Part shown: positions 41,537-49,500 of the stretch, one piece after another
Layout of the letters: every line of letters starts with the position of its first letter
How positions within the stretch are numbered: the first letter of the stretch is position 1
Assembly: GCA_001779115.1 (NCBI GenBank)
Contig: MFJF01000032.1
Location: 1-49,500 of the forward strand
Direction: 5' to 3'
DNA from: Candidatus Gottesmanbacteria bacterium RIFCSPHIGHO2_01_FULL_40_15
Lineage (GTDB): Bacteria > Patescibacteriota > Microgenomatia > 2-02-FULL-39-11
DNA length: 49,500 nt
The notes under the pieces: model-generated
Told to the model about the DNA's origin: nothing
Seen by the model: only the letters and a program-made list of their open reading frames with translations
Databases searched by the model: none
Position numbers and translations under genes: made by a program

Positions 41537-42190
41537 CTATATTATTCCGCCTAACTGTGACGGTACGAGGATAGAAAGAAATAAATTCATTACTGGACTT
41601 ATTATTTTTAAAACCGGTGAAGCACCGAAAAAAGGGAATATGAGTAGCAGAAGAAATATCATGCCGTATTTTTCCAAATCAAGCCAATCATGATAATATT
41701 TTTCCGGAAGAAGCCCGCCGACAACTTTAAAACCGTCCAGCGGATGGACAGGAATCAGGTTAAAAACAGCCAGCAGTATATTTAACCTTATAAAAGATAC
41801 AATAAGATCAGCCGTCAGGAAACTTAAAGTTAGATTTGGCAGATTTATCAGCAGTCGGAGAATAACAGATGAGATTATCGCCATCAGTATGTTTGACAGA
41901 GGTCCGGCAAAGGAGATAAGAGCGGAGTCCTTTTTGGGATGTCTCAAGTTAAAGGGGTCAAAGGGTACCGGTTTACCCCAACCGAATCCAACCAAAACAA
42001 AAAGCATGGTACCGATAGGATCAAGATGGGCAAAAGGATTTAATGTGAGTCTGCCCATCAAACTTGGAGTGGGATCACCTAGCCGGTCGGCTGAGAATGC
42101 GTGGGAAAACTCATGAACAGTAACCACGATCAGTAATAGAACGGCAAATATTAAAAAAGCGCCAGGATTTCTGAATAATAAATCAATCAT
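41537..42190 (-). CDS. Site-2 protease family (peptidase M50) membrane metalloprotease
   Basis: HEFSHAF (HExxH) within the first TM region; NLIPVHPLDG downstream motif; polytopic hydrophobic profile. Confidence 0.85.
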   Translation of the reverse strand: MIDLLFRNPGAFLIFAVLLLIVVTVHEFSHAFSADRLGDPTPSLMGRLTLNPFAHLDPIGTMLFVLVGFGWGKPVPFDPFNLRHPKKDSALISFAGPLSNILMAIISSVILRLLINLPNLTLSFLTADLIVSFIRLNILLAVFNLIPVHPLDGFKVVGGLLPEKYYHDWLDLEKYGMIFLLLLIFPFFGASPVLKIISPVMNLFLSILVPSQLGGII

Positions 42191-42258
42191 CTTCTTGAGC
42201 TTTAGGGGTTATTTTGTTATAGTATAGCATACAAATTTAATTATTAAGATAAAAAAAA

Positions 42259-42585
42259 ATGGCCAGAATCTGTGAAAATTGCAAAAAGGGAATAGGCTAC
42301 GGGCATGCTGTTTCACATGCAAAAAACAGGGTTCGGAGAATTTTTAAACCGAATCTGCAAAAGATTCGGGTATTAACTGACGGACAGTCCGTTCGGGTAA
42401 TTTTGTGCACAAACTGTATTCAAAGATTGAAAAGAGATTCTACTTTGGGAAAATACAAATTATTTCAGTATATGAAGCAGAAAGAAATTTCCCAAGAGGT
42501 AAGGCCTGTCAAAGAAGTGAAAAAACCGGAATCCGTCGCTCCGGCAAAAGAATTGGAGATTGAGGATATTGTCGGCAAAGCTTGA
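42259..42585 (+). CDS. rpmB: 50S ribosomal protein L28 with a ~45-aa charged C-terminal extension
   Basis: MARICENCKKGIGYGHAVSHAKNRVRRIFKPNLQKIRV matches the L28 pattern (C..C.K....G...SHA.N...R.F.PNLQ). Confidence 0.85.
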   Translation: MARICENCKKGIGYGHAVSHAKNRVRRIFKPNLQKIRVLTDGQSVRVILCTNCIQRLKRDSTLGKYKLFQYMKQKEISQEVRPVKEVKKPESVAPAKELEIEDIVGKA

Positions 42586-42593
42586 TAAACCCT

Positions 42594-43748
42594 TTATTGA
42601 AGTTTTAACCCCAAAATTAATACCAGAATAAAAATAATTATTCCCATAACGGCAGGCGAATATGGATTTACCGACTGGTAGATAAAGCCGGCCAGAATAG
42701 GACCGAAAATCCGGCCGATTGAACCAAAACTCTGCATAAAACCCAAATTACCGCCCTGCTGGTGTGGACTTGATTTTTCCGATACTATTGCCTGGATAAC
42801 GGGAAGGAGAAAACCGTTGCCAACCGCAAAAACTGTTAAACCGGCAAATAAGATTACTGTTGAATTGGAAAGTCCTAACAATATCATGCCGAAAAGAGCG
42901 ATTAAAGTACTAAAAATAAAAAGTCTTTTTTCACCGGTTAATTTTATCGTCGGACCAATAATTACTCCCTGAATTAAAGCTGACAGAATTCCGCCGAAGG
43001 CGAAAAGCAAACTGATTTGGGCTACGGTAATATTAAGAATATCTTTGCCGAAAAGAGACAGGGTAGTAAAGACACCCGATTGGGCCCAAAAAAGTAGCAG
43101 GTTTGAAAAATAAAGAATAACAAGATCGGGATTTGTCGCCTTTTTGAAAAAAGAATTTAGACTGAAATGACTTTTTTCATAGGCAATTTCTTTTCCGGTA
43201 ATTGTTTCTTTAAGGAAAAATTGGGTCAGGATGATACTTATAAAGGTAATGACAGCAGCCGCCAAGAAAGGAACCGATAAGCCGTAGCGGGAAAAAAAGC
43301 CGCCCCAGAGAGGCCCCAGTATAAAACCCAGGGTAATTCCGGCGGCAATAATTCCCATTCCGCCGGCCCGGTTTTTTTTATCGGTAATATCGGCAATATA
43401 AGCCTGGGCAATTGACAGATTTCCTCCTGATGCGCCGTCAATAATACGGGCAATAAGAAGCCAGAAAATTGATCTGGTTGCCGCCATCAGAATAAAGGAA
43501 ATAACCGTACCCCAGAGAGAAAGAAGAAGCAGGGGGCGTCTTCCGAATCTGTCGGACAACCTTCCGAGAACCGGCAGGAAAATAACCTGCATTAAAGAAA
43601 AAATTCCTATTAATATACCTGACATTAAGGGATTACCGCCGTACTGGATAGTTAGAAGGGGCAGAATCGGAAATACAATACCGTATCCGAGAAAATTGAT
43701 AAATACAATAAGAAAAATGAGAAATTTGGCTGTTTTAACGAATTTCAT
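42594..43748 (-). CDS. MFS transporter (12-TM, drug:H+ antiporter-like)
   Basis: MFS motif A GRLSDRFGRRPLLL; hydrophobic throughout. Confidence 0.85.
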   Translation of the reverse strand: MKFVKTAKFLIFLIVFINFLGYGIVFPILPLLTIQYGGNPLMSGILIGIFSLMQVIFLPVLGRLSDRFGRRPLLLLSLWGTVISFILMAATRSIFWLLIARIIDGASGGNLSIAQAYIADITDKKNRAGGMGIIAAGITLGFILGPLWGGFFSRYGLSVPFLAAAVITFISIILTQFFLKETITGKEIAYEKSHFSLNSFFKKATNPDLVILYFSNLLLFWAQSGVFTTLSLFGKDILNITVAQISLLFAFGGILSALIQGVIIGPTIKLTGEKRLFIFSTLIALFGMILLGLSNSTVILFAGLTVFAVGNGFLLPVIQAIVSEKSSPHQQGGNLGFMQSFGSIGRIFGPILAGFIYQSVNPYSPAVMGIIIFILVLILGLKLQ

Positions 43749-43847
43749 GCAATATCAGAAAATAAAATTTAATTATATCAGAAAATCGGAGGTTAACCGG
43801 GTCTTAGCAGAAGAGAATTTCTTTAAATTTTTTTCGGATAATTTAGA

Positions 43848-44699
43848 TCAATGTAAAAGATGTGAAGAGTCGTAAATAAGCGGACGGGCGAGGCTACGAA
43901 GCAGCGGATGGCCGGTTTTTCCCAGCATTTGAGCGAATAACCAACCTTCCTGTTGATTCGGGGTTAAATTACTCCAGACGGGATTTATGGGAATCGTTAC
44001 CAGTCCGGATCTTCTGACAACAGGGAGAATATAATTTTCTTTGATGTTTCCGGATTCATGATCTTCAACTACCCGGTAATTTTTTATACCTCTGGCTACT
44101 TCTTTTCTGGTGATGTTTCTGTATTTCAATGCTGACGGGTTTGTATAAAGAGAAACTCTTAAACTGGCCAGAATTGCTGAAAATACTATATCGGCTTCCT
44201 GCAGAGCCAAAATATCCTGAGGTTTTTTTACTTCATTTTCGGATAAAATCTTCACTACTCTTGAAGCAAGTTGATTGTGGCGGTTTAATCTGGCAATTGA
44301 ATCAAGAGATACACTTCCCAAATCAGCAATCCTTGTGACTATATCATAGGATGAAAAGGACCGGCCGGTTTCGGGATTTATCTGATGATAAAAATATGCT
44401 TCCAATGCAGTAGGAGGCAGAAAGCCGGGATTTTTGAATGCATTTTTTACATTAATGACAGGATTTTCAATTTTTCTCTGTTCCTGAAATGCAAGATATG
44501 ACAGCAGGTAATTTTGGAAACCGGAGCTGTCAAGTATCTGATTTAGAGGTAATGAAGAATTTCCGTTATCTCTTCTAAACATTCGGATCGAGGAAGTAAT
44601 TAAACCGGAAAAAGGAGGAGAATTGGAAAAATTCCTGGAGTTTTCCTGCATGTTTTCGGGAAATTGGTAGTCCTTTTGGTGTTCACCCGGGAAGGGCAT
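43848..44699 (-). CDS. Hypothetical protein (283 aa)
   Basis: Long open frame on the same strand as its neighbours. I recognise no motif. Confidence 0.45.
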   Translation of the reverse strand: MPFPGEHQKDYQFPENMQENSRNFSNSPPFSGLITSSIRMFRRDNGNSSLPLNQILDSSGFQNYLLSYLAFQEQRKIENPVINVKNAFKNPGFLPPTALEAYFYHQINPETGRSFSSYDIVTRIADLGSVSLDSIARLNRHNQLASRVVKILSENEVKKPQDILALQEADIVFSAILASLRVSLYTNPSALKYRNITRKEVARGIKNYRVVEDHESGNIKENYILPVVRRSGLVTIPINPVWSNLTPNQQEGWLFAQMLGKTGHPLLRSLARPLIYDSSHLLH

Positions 44700-44815
44700 A
44701 TATATTCTGAATTAATAAATTTAATTGAAGCATAATTAATCAAGCAGTCTAATCCAATACATCTTCATGATGTATGGACAGTTTTGATGGATATAAGTAT
44801 GATTCTTTTTTATAA

Positions 44816-46105
44816 TCAGTTGGGGAAAACGGTGAGCGTATTATTTTCAAAAGAGTCTATTTTGACAATTATTATTTTTCCTGGATGAAATTCGCCTTTT
44901 TTTAAGATTGCCGGTAATTGGTTGTCCAGAAGAACTTTTTGGAAACCATTTGATTTGTCAAATAAAACCAGGGCTTTTGAATGTCTGTTAAGATTGCTGC
45001 GGAGAAACTTAATGTATTTTTGAGTACTTAATTTTATCAGGGCTTGACTTCTTTTTTTCTTAATAACGGAAGGAACATTTTTTAGCCTTTTTTTCATGTA
45101 GTAGGCTGCTGTTTTTTCCCGGGGGGAAAAGCGGAAAACATGGAATTTGGCAATGGGGGAGTATTTCAGGAAGTTATATGTATTCTCGAAGTCCAGGTCG
45201 GATTCTTCCAAAAATCCTGTAATTATATCGGTACCTATAAAGGTAAGGGGGTTGATTTTTGCAAGTATATTCAATTTTTCCTTGAATTCACCTGCAGTAT
45301 AACCTCGACGCATAAGAGACAGTATTTTATCCGAGCCTGACTGGAGGGGTATGTGGAAGAAATTAACCAGGCGGTTTTGGGGGAGGATACTCCGATAAAA
45401 ATCAAGAAATCCGGAAGTTATACTCCAAGGATGGATGGAACCGAAACTCAAGCGGGGGACTGCCGTATCTTTGAGGACTGACCTGACAAGATTAATAAAT
45501 GATTCCTTACTGTCATAACCGAAAGCTTGGGTGTTAATAGCCGTTAAGATTACTTCACTAATTGAATCTTCCTGATTTTTAATTCTACTGACAATACTTT
45601 TAATACTTTTTGATTCAGGCAGACCGCGAAGATAGGGGACGATACAAAAAGTACAAAATCTCTGGCAGCCGTCCTGAATTTTGACAAGCAGCCTTCCGGA
45701 ATGGAGAAATTTATCTTTTATCAGGGGTGTGTTTTTCCCGGAATAGGCAGGGGCATTATATTGTGCGACTAATCTTTTTATGATTAAATCTGCGGCAAAT
45801 TCTTTGTTGTCATTGTCAATAATTAAATCAACTCCGGAAACTTTTATTTTTTCATTGATCCATTTGGTGGCGGCACATCCGGTGATAATCAGACTGGTTT
45901 TGGGAAGATCTTTTTTCAGGCGGTAGATCATCTGTCTGGCTTCACGCTCGGCTTTTTTGGTAACCGCACAGGTGTTTATGATAAAAAAACCGGGTTTTTC
46001 GGAATCAATGGCAAATCCTTTGGCCATAAGTTGTCTGTCCAAAGCTTCCTTTTCTGCCTGATTGACCCGGCAGCCGAAGGAAAACGAGTTAAAAGTTTTA
46101 TTCAT
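44816..46105 (-). CDS. mtaB: Radical-SAM methylthiotransferase, MtaB-like (MiaB/RimO family)
   Basis: N-terminal UPF0004 cysteines FGCRVNQAEKE ... NTCAVT ... TGC; radical SAM CQRFCTFC; C-terminal TRAM-like region. The start is set at ATG 46105 (MNKTFNSFSFGC) rather than the track's 46150. Confidence 0.75.
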   Translation of the reverse strand: MNKTFNSFSFGCRVNQAEKEALDRQLMAKGFAIDSEKPGFFIINTCAVTKKAEREARQMIYRLKKDLPKTSLIITGCAATKWINEKIKVSGVDLIIDNDNKEFAADLIIKRLVAQYNAPAYSGKNTPLIKDKFLHSGRLLVKIQDGCQRFCTFCIVPYLRGLPESKSIKSIVSRIKNQEDSISEVILTAINTQAFGYDSKESFINLVRSVLKDTAVPRLSFGSIHPWSITSGFLDFYRSILPQNRLVNFFHIPLQSGSDKILSLMRRGYTAGEFKEKLNILAKINPLTFIGTDIITGFLEESDLDFENTYNFLKYSPIAKFHVFRFSPREKTAAYYMKKRLKNVPSVIKKKRSQALIKLSTQKYIKFLRSNLNRHSKALVLFDKSNGFQKVLLDNQLPAILKKGEFHPGKIIIVKIDSFENNTLTVFPN

Positions 46106-46148
46106 GAGAGAGATTATTATACTATGGAAATTGGCGGATAATTTTTGC

Positions 46149-46997
46149 ATGAATGAAATAACTTACCATCTTATTGATTTACCGTTGACCCGTCTGCATT
46201 ATTTAAAATGCGGGCACGGTAAACCCCTGGTTATACTGCCGGCAACAATTTCCGCCATTGATAACTGGTTAAACCTGGTGCAGTTTTTGGCACAGAAATT
46301 TACCGTTTATTTTTTTGAGTTACCCGGACACGGGCAGTCAAAAGCATTTATATCTACTTATAAAAGTGATTTGGTGGCCCGGACGGTTGAGGATTTTCTG
46401 GATAAATTGGGGATAAGCAGATTTTACCTGATGGGATTCTCATTCGGGGGGATTCTGACCATCAAAACTTTGTTGAGATTGGGAGAGCGGGTGGAAAATA
46501 TTATGTGCTTTGCACCGTGTGTTTCCTATAAAGCGGTGCGGTATTCGCCGGTGCGATTTAATATGTTAAGGCAACTGGCCAGGTTTTCTACAGGAAAAAG
46601 CGCTCAAAAATCCTATTTGAAGATAATGCACAACAAAAGAACAGTGGATCTGATGATATTGCTTCTTAAAAAACTGGGACATGTGGAAGCGGATGAAAAT
46701 CTGAAAAATAAACTGCTTTCTTTGCCTGAAAAAACTCTGGAAGTGTTAACCTATCAGGTTAATGAGATTCTGACCACGGATTTTGAACAGTTGGGTATAG
46801 TTATTCCTCAAAAATGCCTGTTTGGTATGTCGATCAATGACCCGTTGCTTGATTATGACGTTACAAAAAGGATTATGAGAAAGCTTTTCAGAGATATCAG
46901 AGTGAAAGAATTTGATTTTCCTTTCCACCAACCGCCCGAGCCGTTTACAGTTGAATATTTGCAACAGCACTTTGGGTATTTGTTAAATGAAGTATGA
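46149..46997 (+). CDS. Alpha/beta-fold hydrolase
   Basis: HGKPLVILPA..., nucleophile elbow LMGFSFGG (GxSxG). The start is set at ATG 46149 (MNEITYHLIDLP), which removes the track's overlap with mtaB. Confidence 0.7.
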   Translation: MNEITYHLIDLPLTRLHYLKCGHGKPLVILPATISAIDNWLNLVQFLAQKFTVYFFELPGHGQSKAFISTYKSDLVARTVEDFLDKLGISRFYLMGFSFGGILTIKTLLRLGERVENIMCFAPCVSYKAVRYSPVRFNMLRQLARFSTGKSAQKSYLKIMHNKRTVDLMILLLKKLGHVEADENLKNKLLSLPEKTLEVLTYQVNEILTTDFEQLGIVIPQKCLFGMSINDPLLDYDVTKRIMRKLFRDIRVKEFDFPFHQPPEPFTVEYLQQHFGYLLNEV

Positions 46998-47031
46998 AAT
47001 GATTAATCACCGGAATTTTATAATTGATAGA

Positions 47032-47997
47032 TTAAGGATAGTAATTTAAGAGGATTCTGCTCCATTCGCCTGACAACCATAAAGGCCCGGTAAAATTTTC
47101 AGGAGGATTATTGATTAAATTCCGTCTTGTTTCAACTGCAGGTTGATAGAATCCGATTACAATAATATCGGGATCGATATCAACCAGACTTTCCAAAGCT
47201 GCAGACCTTACCCATAATGCATATGCTTCAGAGTGTCTGTCAAATTTTAAGTAATTATTGAATAATGAATCCGGAACTTCTGAATTACCCGTTATTTGCT
47301 GGTAATCGTTAAAAATTTGATTGGCAAATTTTATATGACCATTAATTTCATTATGAAGTGCCAAGGCTATATCCAAATCTGATTCAAATCCCGAAGCTTG
47401 ATAAAAGCGGTCTGAATTGATACTGACCGTGTAGTACCAAAGATTATTATCGGAATGCAATCTTCTGGTTGTTGCTGCTAAGGCAACGGAAGTAATGTCA
47501 GGGGGAGGATCAGTCCCGAATGATAATATTTCAAATTTCACCAATCCACCAATATTTGGAATTTGATTGTTTGATAAAACGTTTATTCCAAGGTAATCAA
47601 TTGCATCCCGGAAAGGAGTGAATTGGGAATTGGTCATTTTTGGAATTAAATATTCCAGGAAATACTGACGGGTGACGGTTGTTTTTTCTTCCGAAGACAT
47701 TTGCGGAAAGCGGGTGGGATCTGTTGAAATTCTGGTCGGATCTATAGTTTCCTGCCAATTTTCTTCAATTATTCTGTCTCTTGTTCCGGCATTTCTGACA
47801 CTGTAGTCAGGATCGGGCAGCCCTTCTATTGATTGTTCAATAAAAGCAAGTTCACTTATTTCCAGAGCTTTTTTAAGCTGTTCCTGACGCTGTTGCCGGG
47901 GAGAAATTATTGAGTCACAACCGGATAAGAAAAATTCAGAACCAACCGCTCCACTTAAAAGTGCTCCTACCTTTAATGATTCCCTTCGAGATAACAT
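47032..47997 (-). CDS. Hypothetical lipoprotein with a twin-arginine (Tat) signal
   Basis: MLSRRESLKVGALLSGAVGSEFFLSGC: S-R-R-x-S-L-K Tat motif plus an L-S-G-C lipobox. Confidence 0.6.
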   Translation of the reverse strand: MLSRRESLKVGALLSGAVGSEFFLSGCDSIISPRQQRQEQLKKALEISELAFIEQSIEGLPDPDYSVRNAGTRDRIIEENWQETIDPTRISTDPTRFPQMSSEEKTTVTRQYFLEYLIPKMTNSQFTPFRDAIDYLGINVLSNNQIPNIGGLVKFEILSFGTDPPPDITSVALAATTRRLHSDNNLWYYTVSINSDRFYQASGFESDLDIALALHNEINGHIKFANQIFNDYQQITGNSEVPDSLFNNYLKFDRHSEAYALWVRSAALESLVDIDPDIIVIGFYQPAVETRRNLINNPPENFTGPLWLSGEWSRILLNYYP

Positions 47998-48150
47998 ATT
48001 AGTTTTTCATGAATAGAATTTAAATTTTATAGAAACCGATTATATTAAAAATAGTCAATTTTCTCAAATTTTTCCGTAGAGAGAAGCAGGATATATTTAG
48101 ATGATTTAATTCGACAATTTGATTAAATCACTCTAAATGTTTATAATTCC

Positions 48151-49170
48151 GTGAAATATAAGTTAAATATGGCAGATAATTTAGAAAAACAGTCAAAAGG
48201 CGGTTTAACACGAAGAGAATTTATTAAGTTCGGTACAGTCACAGGAGGAGCGGCTATTTTGTCAGCTTGCATTCCTAGTTCTGCACTTAAGGCTGCAGAA
48301 AAGACATTTACTGCTGCGGAGGGGAATCTTGCATCAGGAATGTCCCAGCCTTTGGCCATAAAGCCGGGAGATTTGGATCCCGGGAAATATGATCCTAATC
48401 TTGCGATCGGTGGAATAGAAGGAGCTTATGCTGCTCAGGGATTCAATCCGGGAGCAATTGAGGGGGCGGCAAAAACGGCTGATTGGTGGAATAAATATGG
48501 TTCTTTAGCTCGAGAAGTTCTTTTTCGATTAGATGCTGCTACTCGAAGACCAACTCAATATTATGATTTTTCCGGAGAGCATCAATCTCCCCGTCCACCT
48601 GATGAGCAGCTTGAAATATTTTATGAATTGGTGGATGCAACCAGGCTAGATTCTAACAGAAAAATGGTTCTAAATATCGGACCAGCCGGAACTATCAGTC
48701 CAATTGAAACAGCCATAAATCAAGATCAAACAACAGTATTTGCAGTGGATGTTGGGCAGCTACCGCCATGGGAATATGTTCCTGAAGTAGCTCAAATTCC
48801 GGATAAAGAAAATCAAACATCCTTTGCTACTTTTTTTAGTTTAGATGTATTTACAATTGATTCAGATAGGATAGGAGGAAAAGTTTTTGACCGGGTAGAT
48901 CTGTTTGCTCCAAATCCTTACCAGACAGACGTAATATTAAAAGGTTGTTTACTGGGAAAAAGATTGGTTATGGTTCCAGATCCGGATATTATAGATTTAT
49001 ATAAACTTGATGACTTAAAAGTGAAGTTGGATGCTATTGGTTGCAAAGCAGAATTAGTTCCTATGAACATTGGGGAGATTAGACAATTAACCGGAGCATC
49101 CCATTCTTGGGCTTTAAAGGATTTCCCGCCTGACATGAGGTTTGATGTGTTGCTTGCTGCTTCTAAATAA
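48151..49170 (+). CDS. Hypothetical lipoprotein with a twin-arginine (Tat) signal; Rossmann/methyltransferase-like motifs in the mature part
   Basis: GGLTRREFIKFGTVTGGAAILSAC (T-R-R-x-F-I-K plus lipobox). Later MVLNIGPAG...VFAVDVG...FDRVDLFAPNPY. The start may be ATG 48169. Confidence 0.6.
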   Translation: MKYKLNMADNLEKQSKGGLTRREFIKFGTVTGGAAILSACIPSSALKAAEKTFTAAEGNLASGMSQPLAIKPGDLDPGKYDPNLAIGGIEGAYAAQGFNPGAIEGAAKTADWWNKYGSLAREVLFRLDAATRRPTQYYDFSGEHQSPRPPDEQLEIFYELVDATRLDSNRKMVLNIGPAGTISPIETAINQDQTTVFAVDVGQLPPWEYVPEVAQIPDKENQTSFATFFSLDVFTIDSDRIGGKVFDRVDLFAPNPYQTDVILKGCLLGKRLVMVPDPDIIDLYKLDDLKVKLDAIGCKAELVPMNIGEIRQLTGASHSWALKDFPPDMRFDVLLAASK

Positions 49171-49494
49171 CTAAGTAATATCTTTTACATCTACTATTTG
49201 AGATAAATTGGGTTGAATAGATTTTTCTCCGTTATCATCATTATCTGTTCCGGATCTAAGCGAAATATCCGTGTTTTGATATTTTTTTTCATATATTCTA
49301 CTTTTTTCAATACAATCGGGAAAATGACCGTTTATACCGCTACATATTGGACAAACGACTTTATCATAAACAGTATCCGGATTATCCTCATATGAATATC
49401 TGATTCTAATTGTATGATCTTCATTTTCTTCTATCAGTTTTATTTCAACCATCCTTTTATCATCCGCTTCCGCTAAACTAATCTTTTTTTTCAA
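49171..49494 (-). CDS. Small hypothetical protein with a CPxC...C motif
   Basis: Open frame with CPICSGINGHFPDC. Its stop abuts the stop of the convergent gene. The true start may lie beyond or near the window edge. Confidence 0.4.
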   Translation of the reverse strand: MKKKISLAEADDKRMVEIKLIEENEDHTIRIRYSYEDNPDTVYDKVVCPICSGINGHFPDCIEKSRIYEKKYQNTDISLRSGTDNDDNGEKSIQPNLSQIVDVKDIT

Positions 49495-49500
49495 TTCGGC

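Noticed and set aside
41253-41693. Plus-strand 146-aa ORF bridging the P-type ATPase start and the M50 protease end (also 39318..40859 + ORFs).
   Set aside because: It is antisense to two strongly supported membrane-protein genes.
44753-44776. Hairpin CCAATACATC-ttcat-GATGTATGG between the mtaB stop and the next gene, as a terminator.
   Set aside because: The stem is AT-rich with a bulge and has no following U-tract on the transcribed (minus) strand. It is too weak to call.
46062-46150. Apparent 89-nt head-to-head overlap of the MtaB-like and alpha/beta-hydrolase ORFs.
   Set aside because: This is an artefact of longest-ORF calling. The internal ATGs at 46105 (MNKTFNSFSFGC) and 46149 (MNEITYHL) give conserved N-termini and a 43-nt divergent spacer.

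Overview
49.5-kb AT-rich (about 35-40% GC by eye), tightly packed bacterial fragment that reads cleanly with the standard genetic code. The gene content suggests a small-genome CPR/Patescibacteria (Microgenomates-like) organism: divergent F-type ATPase genes, paired double-domain GH130-like genes, many signal-anchored surface proteins and few metabolic genes. This taxonomic call is inference only. Contents from left to right: (i) 1-4860, minus strand: a giant gene absent from the ORF track because it runs off the window. It has two tandem recombinase-type SAM-like/core-binding domains, one TM helix and at least 391 uninterrupted Gly-X-Thr collagen triplets. (ii) A 0.9-kb AT-rich non-coding gap. 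(iii) An F-type ATPase operon (c-like fusion protein, atpF, atpH, atpA, atpG, atpD) with no a, canonical c or epsilon gene. (iv) Two GH130-like genes. (v) A compositionally distinct ~3-kb segment with a nicotianamine-synthase-like/methyltransferase-like fusion and a HAD hydrolase, followed by a truncated serine-recombinase gene abutting tRNA-Thr(GGU). (vi) mltG, tRNA-Thr(UGU) and tRNA-Tyr(GUA). (vii) An 11-kb, nine-gene, same-strand locus of secreted cohesin-like and dockerin-like module proteins. It is headed by a dockerin-bearing subtilisin and includes an LPRAG-anchored cohesin protein. This is my top candidate for an undescribed system: a non-cellulolytic, cellulosome-style surface assembly. 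(viii) A divergent pair: a long RSH (HD hydrolase motifs intact, synthetase motifs degenerate by eye) facing an 826-aa unknown/PRTase/Nudix fusion plus a methyltransferase. (ix) Housekeeping genes (P-type ATPase, M50 protease, L28, MFS, MtaB-like radical SAM, alpha/beta hydrolase) and two divergent Tat-signal lipoproteins. I saw no CRISPR array, transposase, reverse transcriptase or prophage structural genes. All family assignments come from motifs read by eye in the translations; no database search was run.
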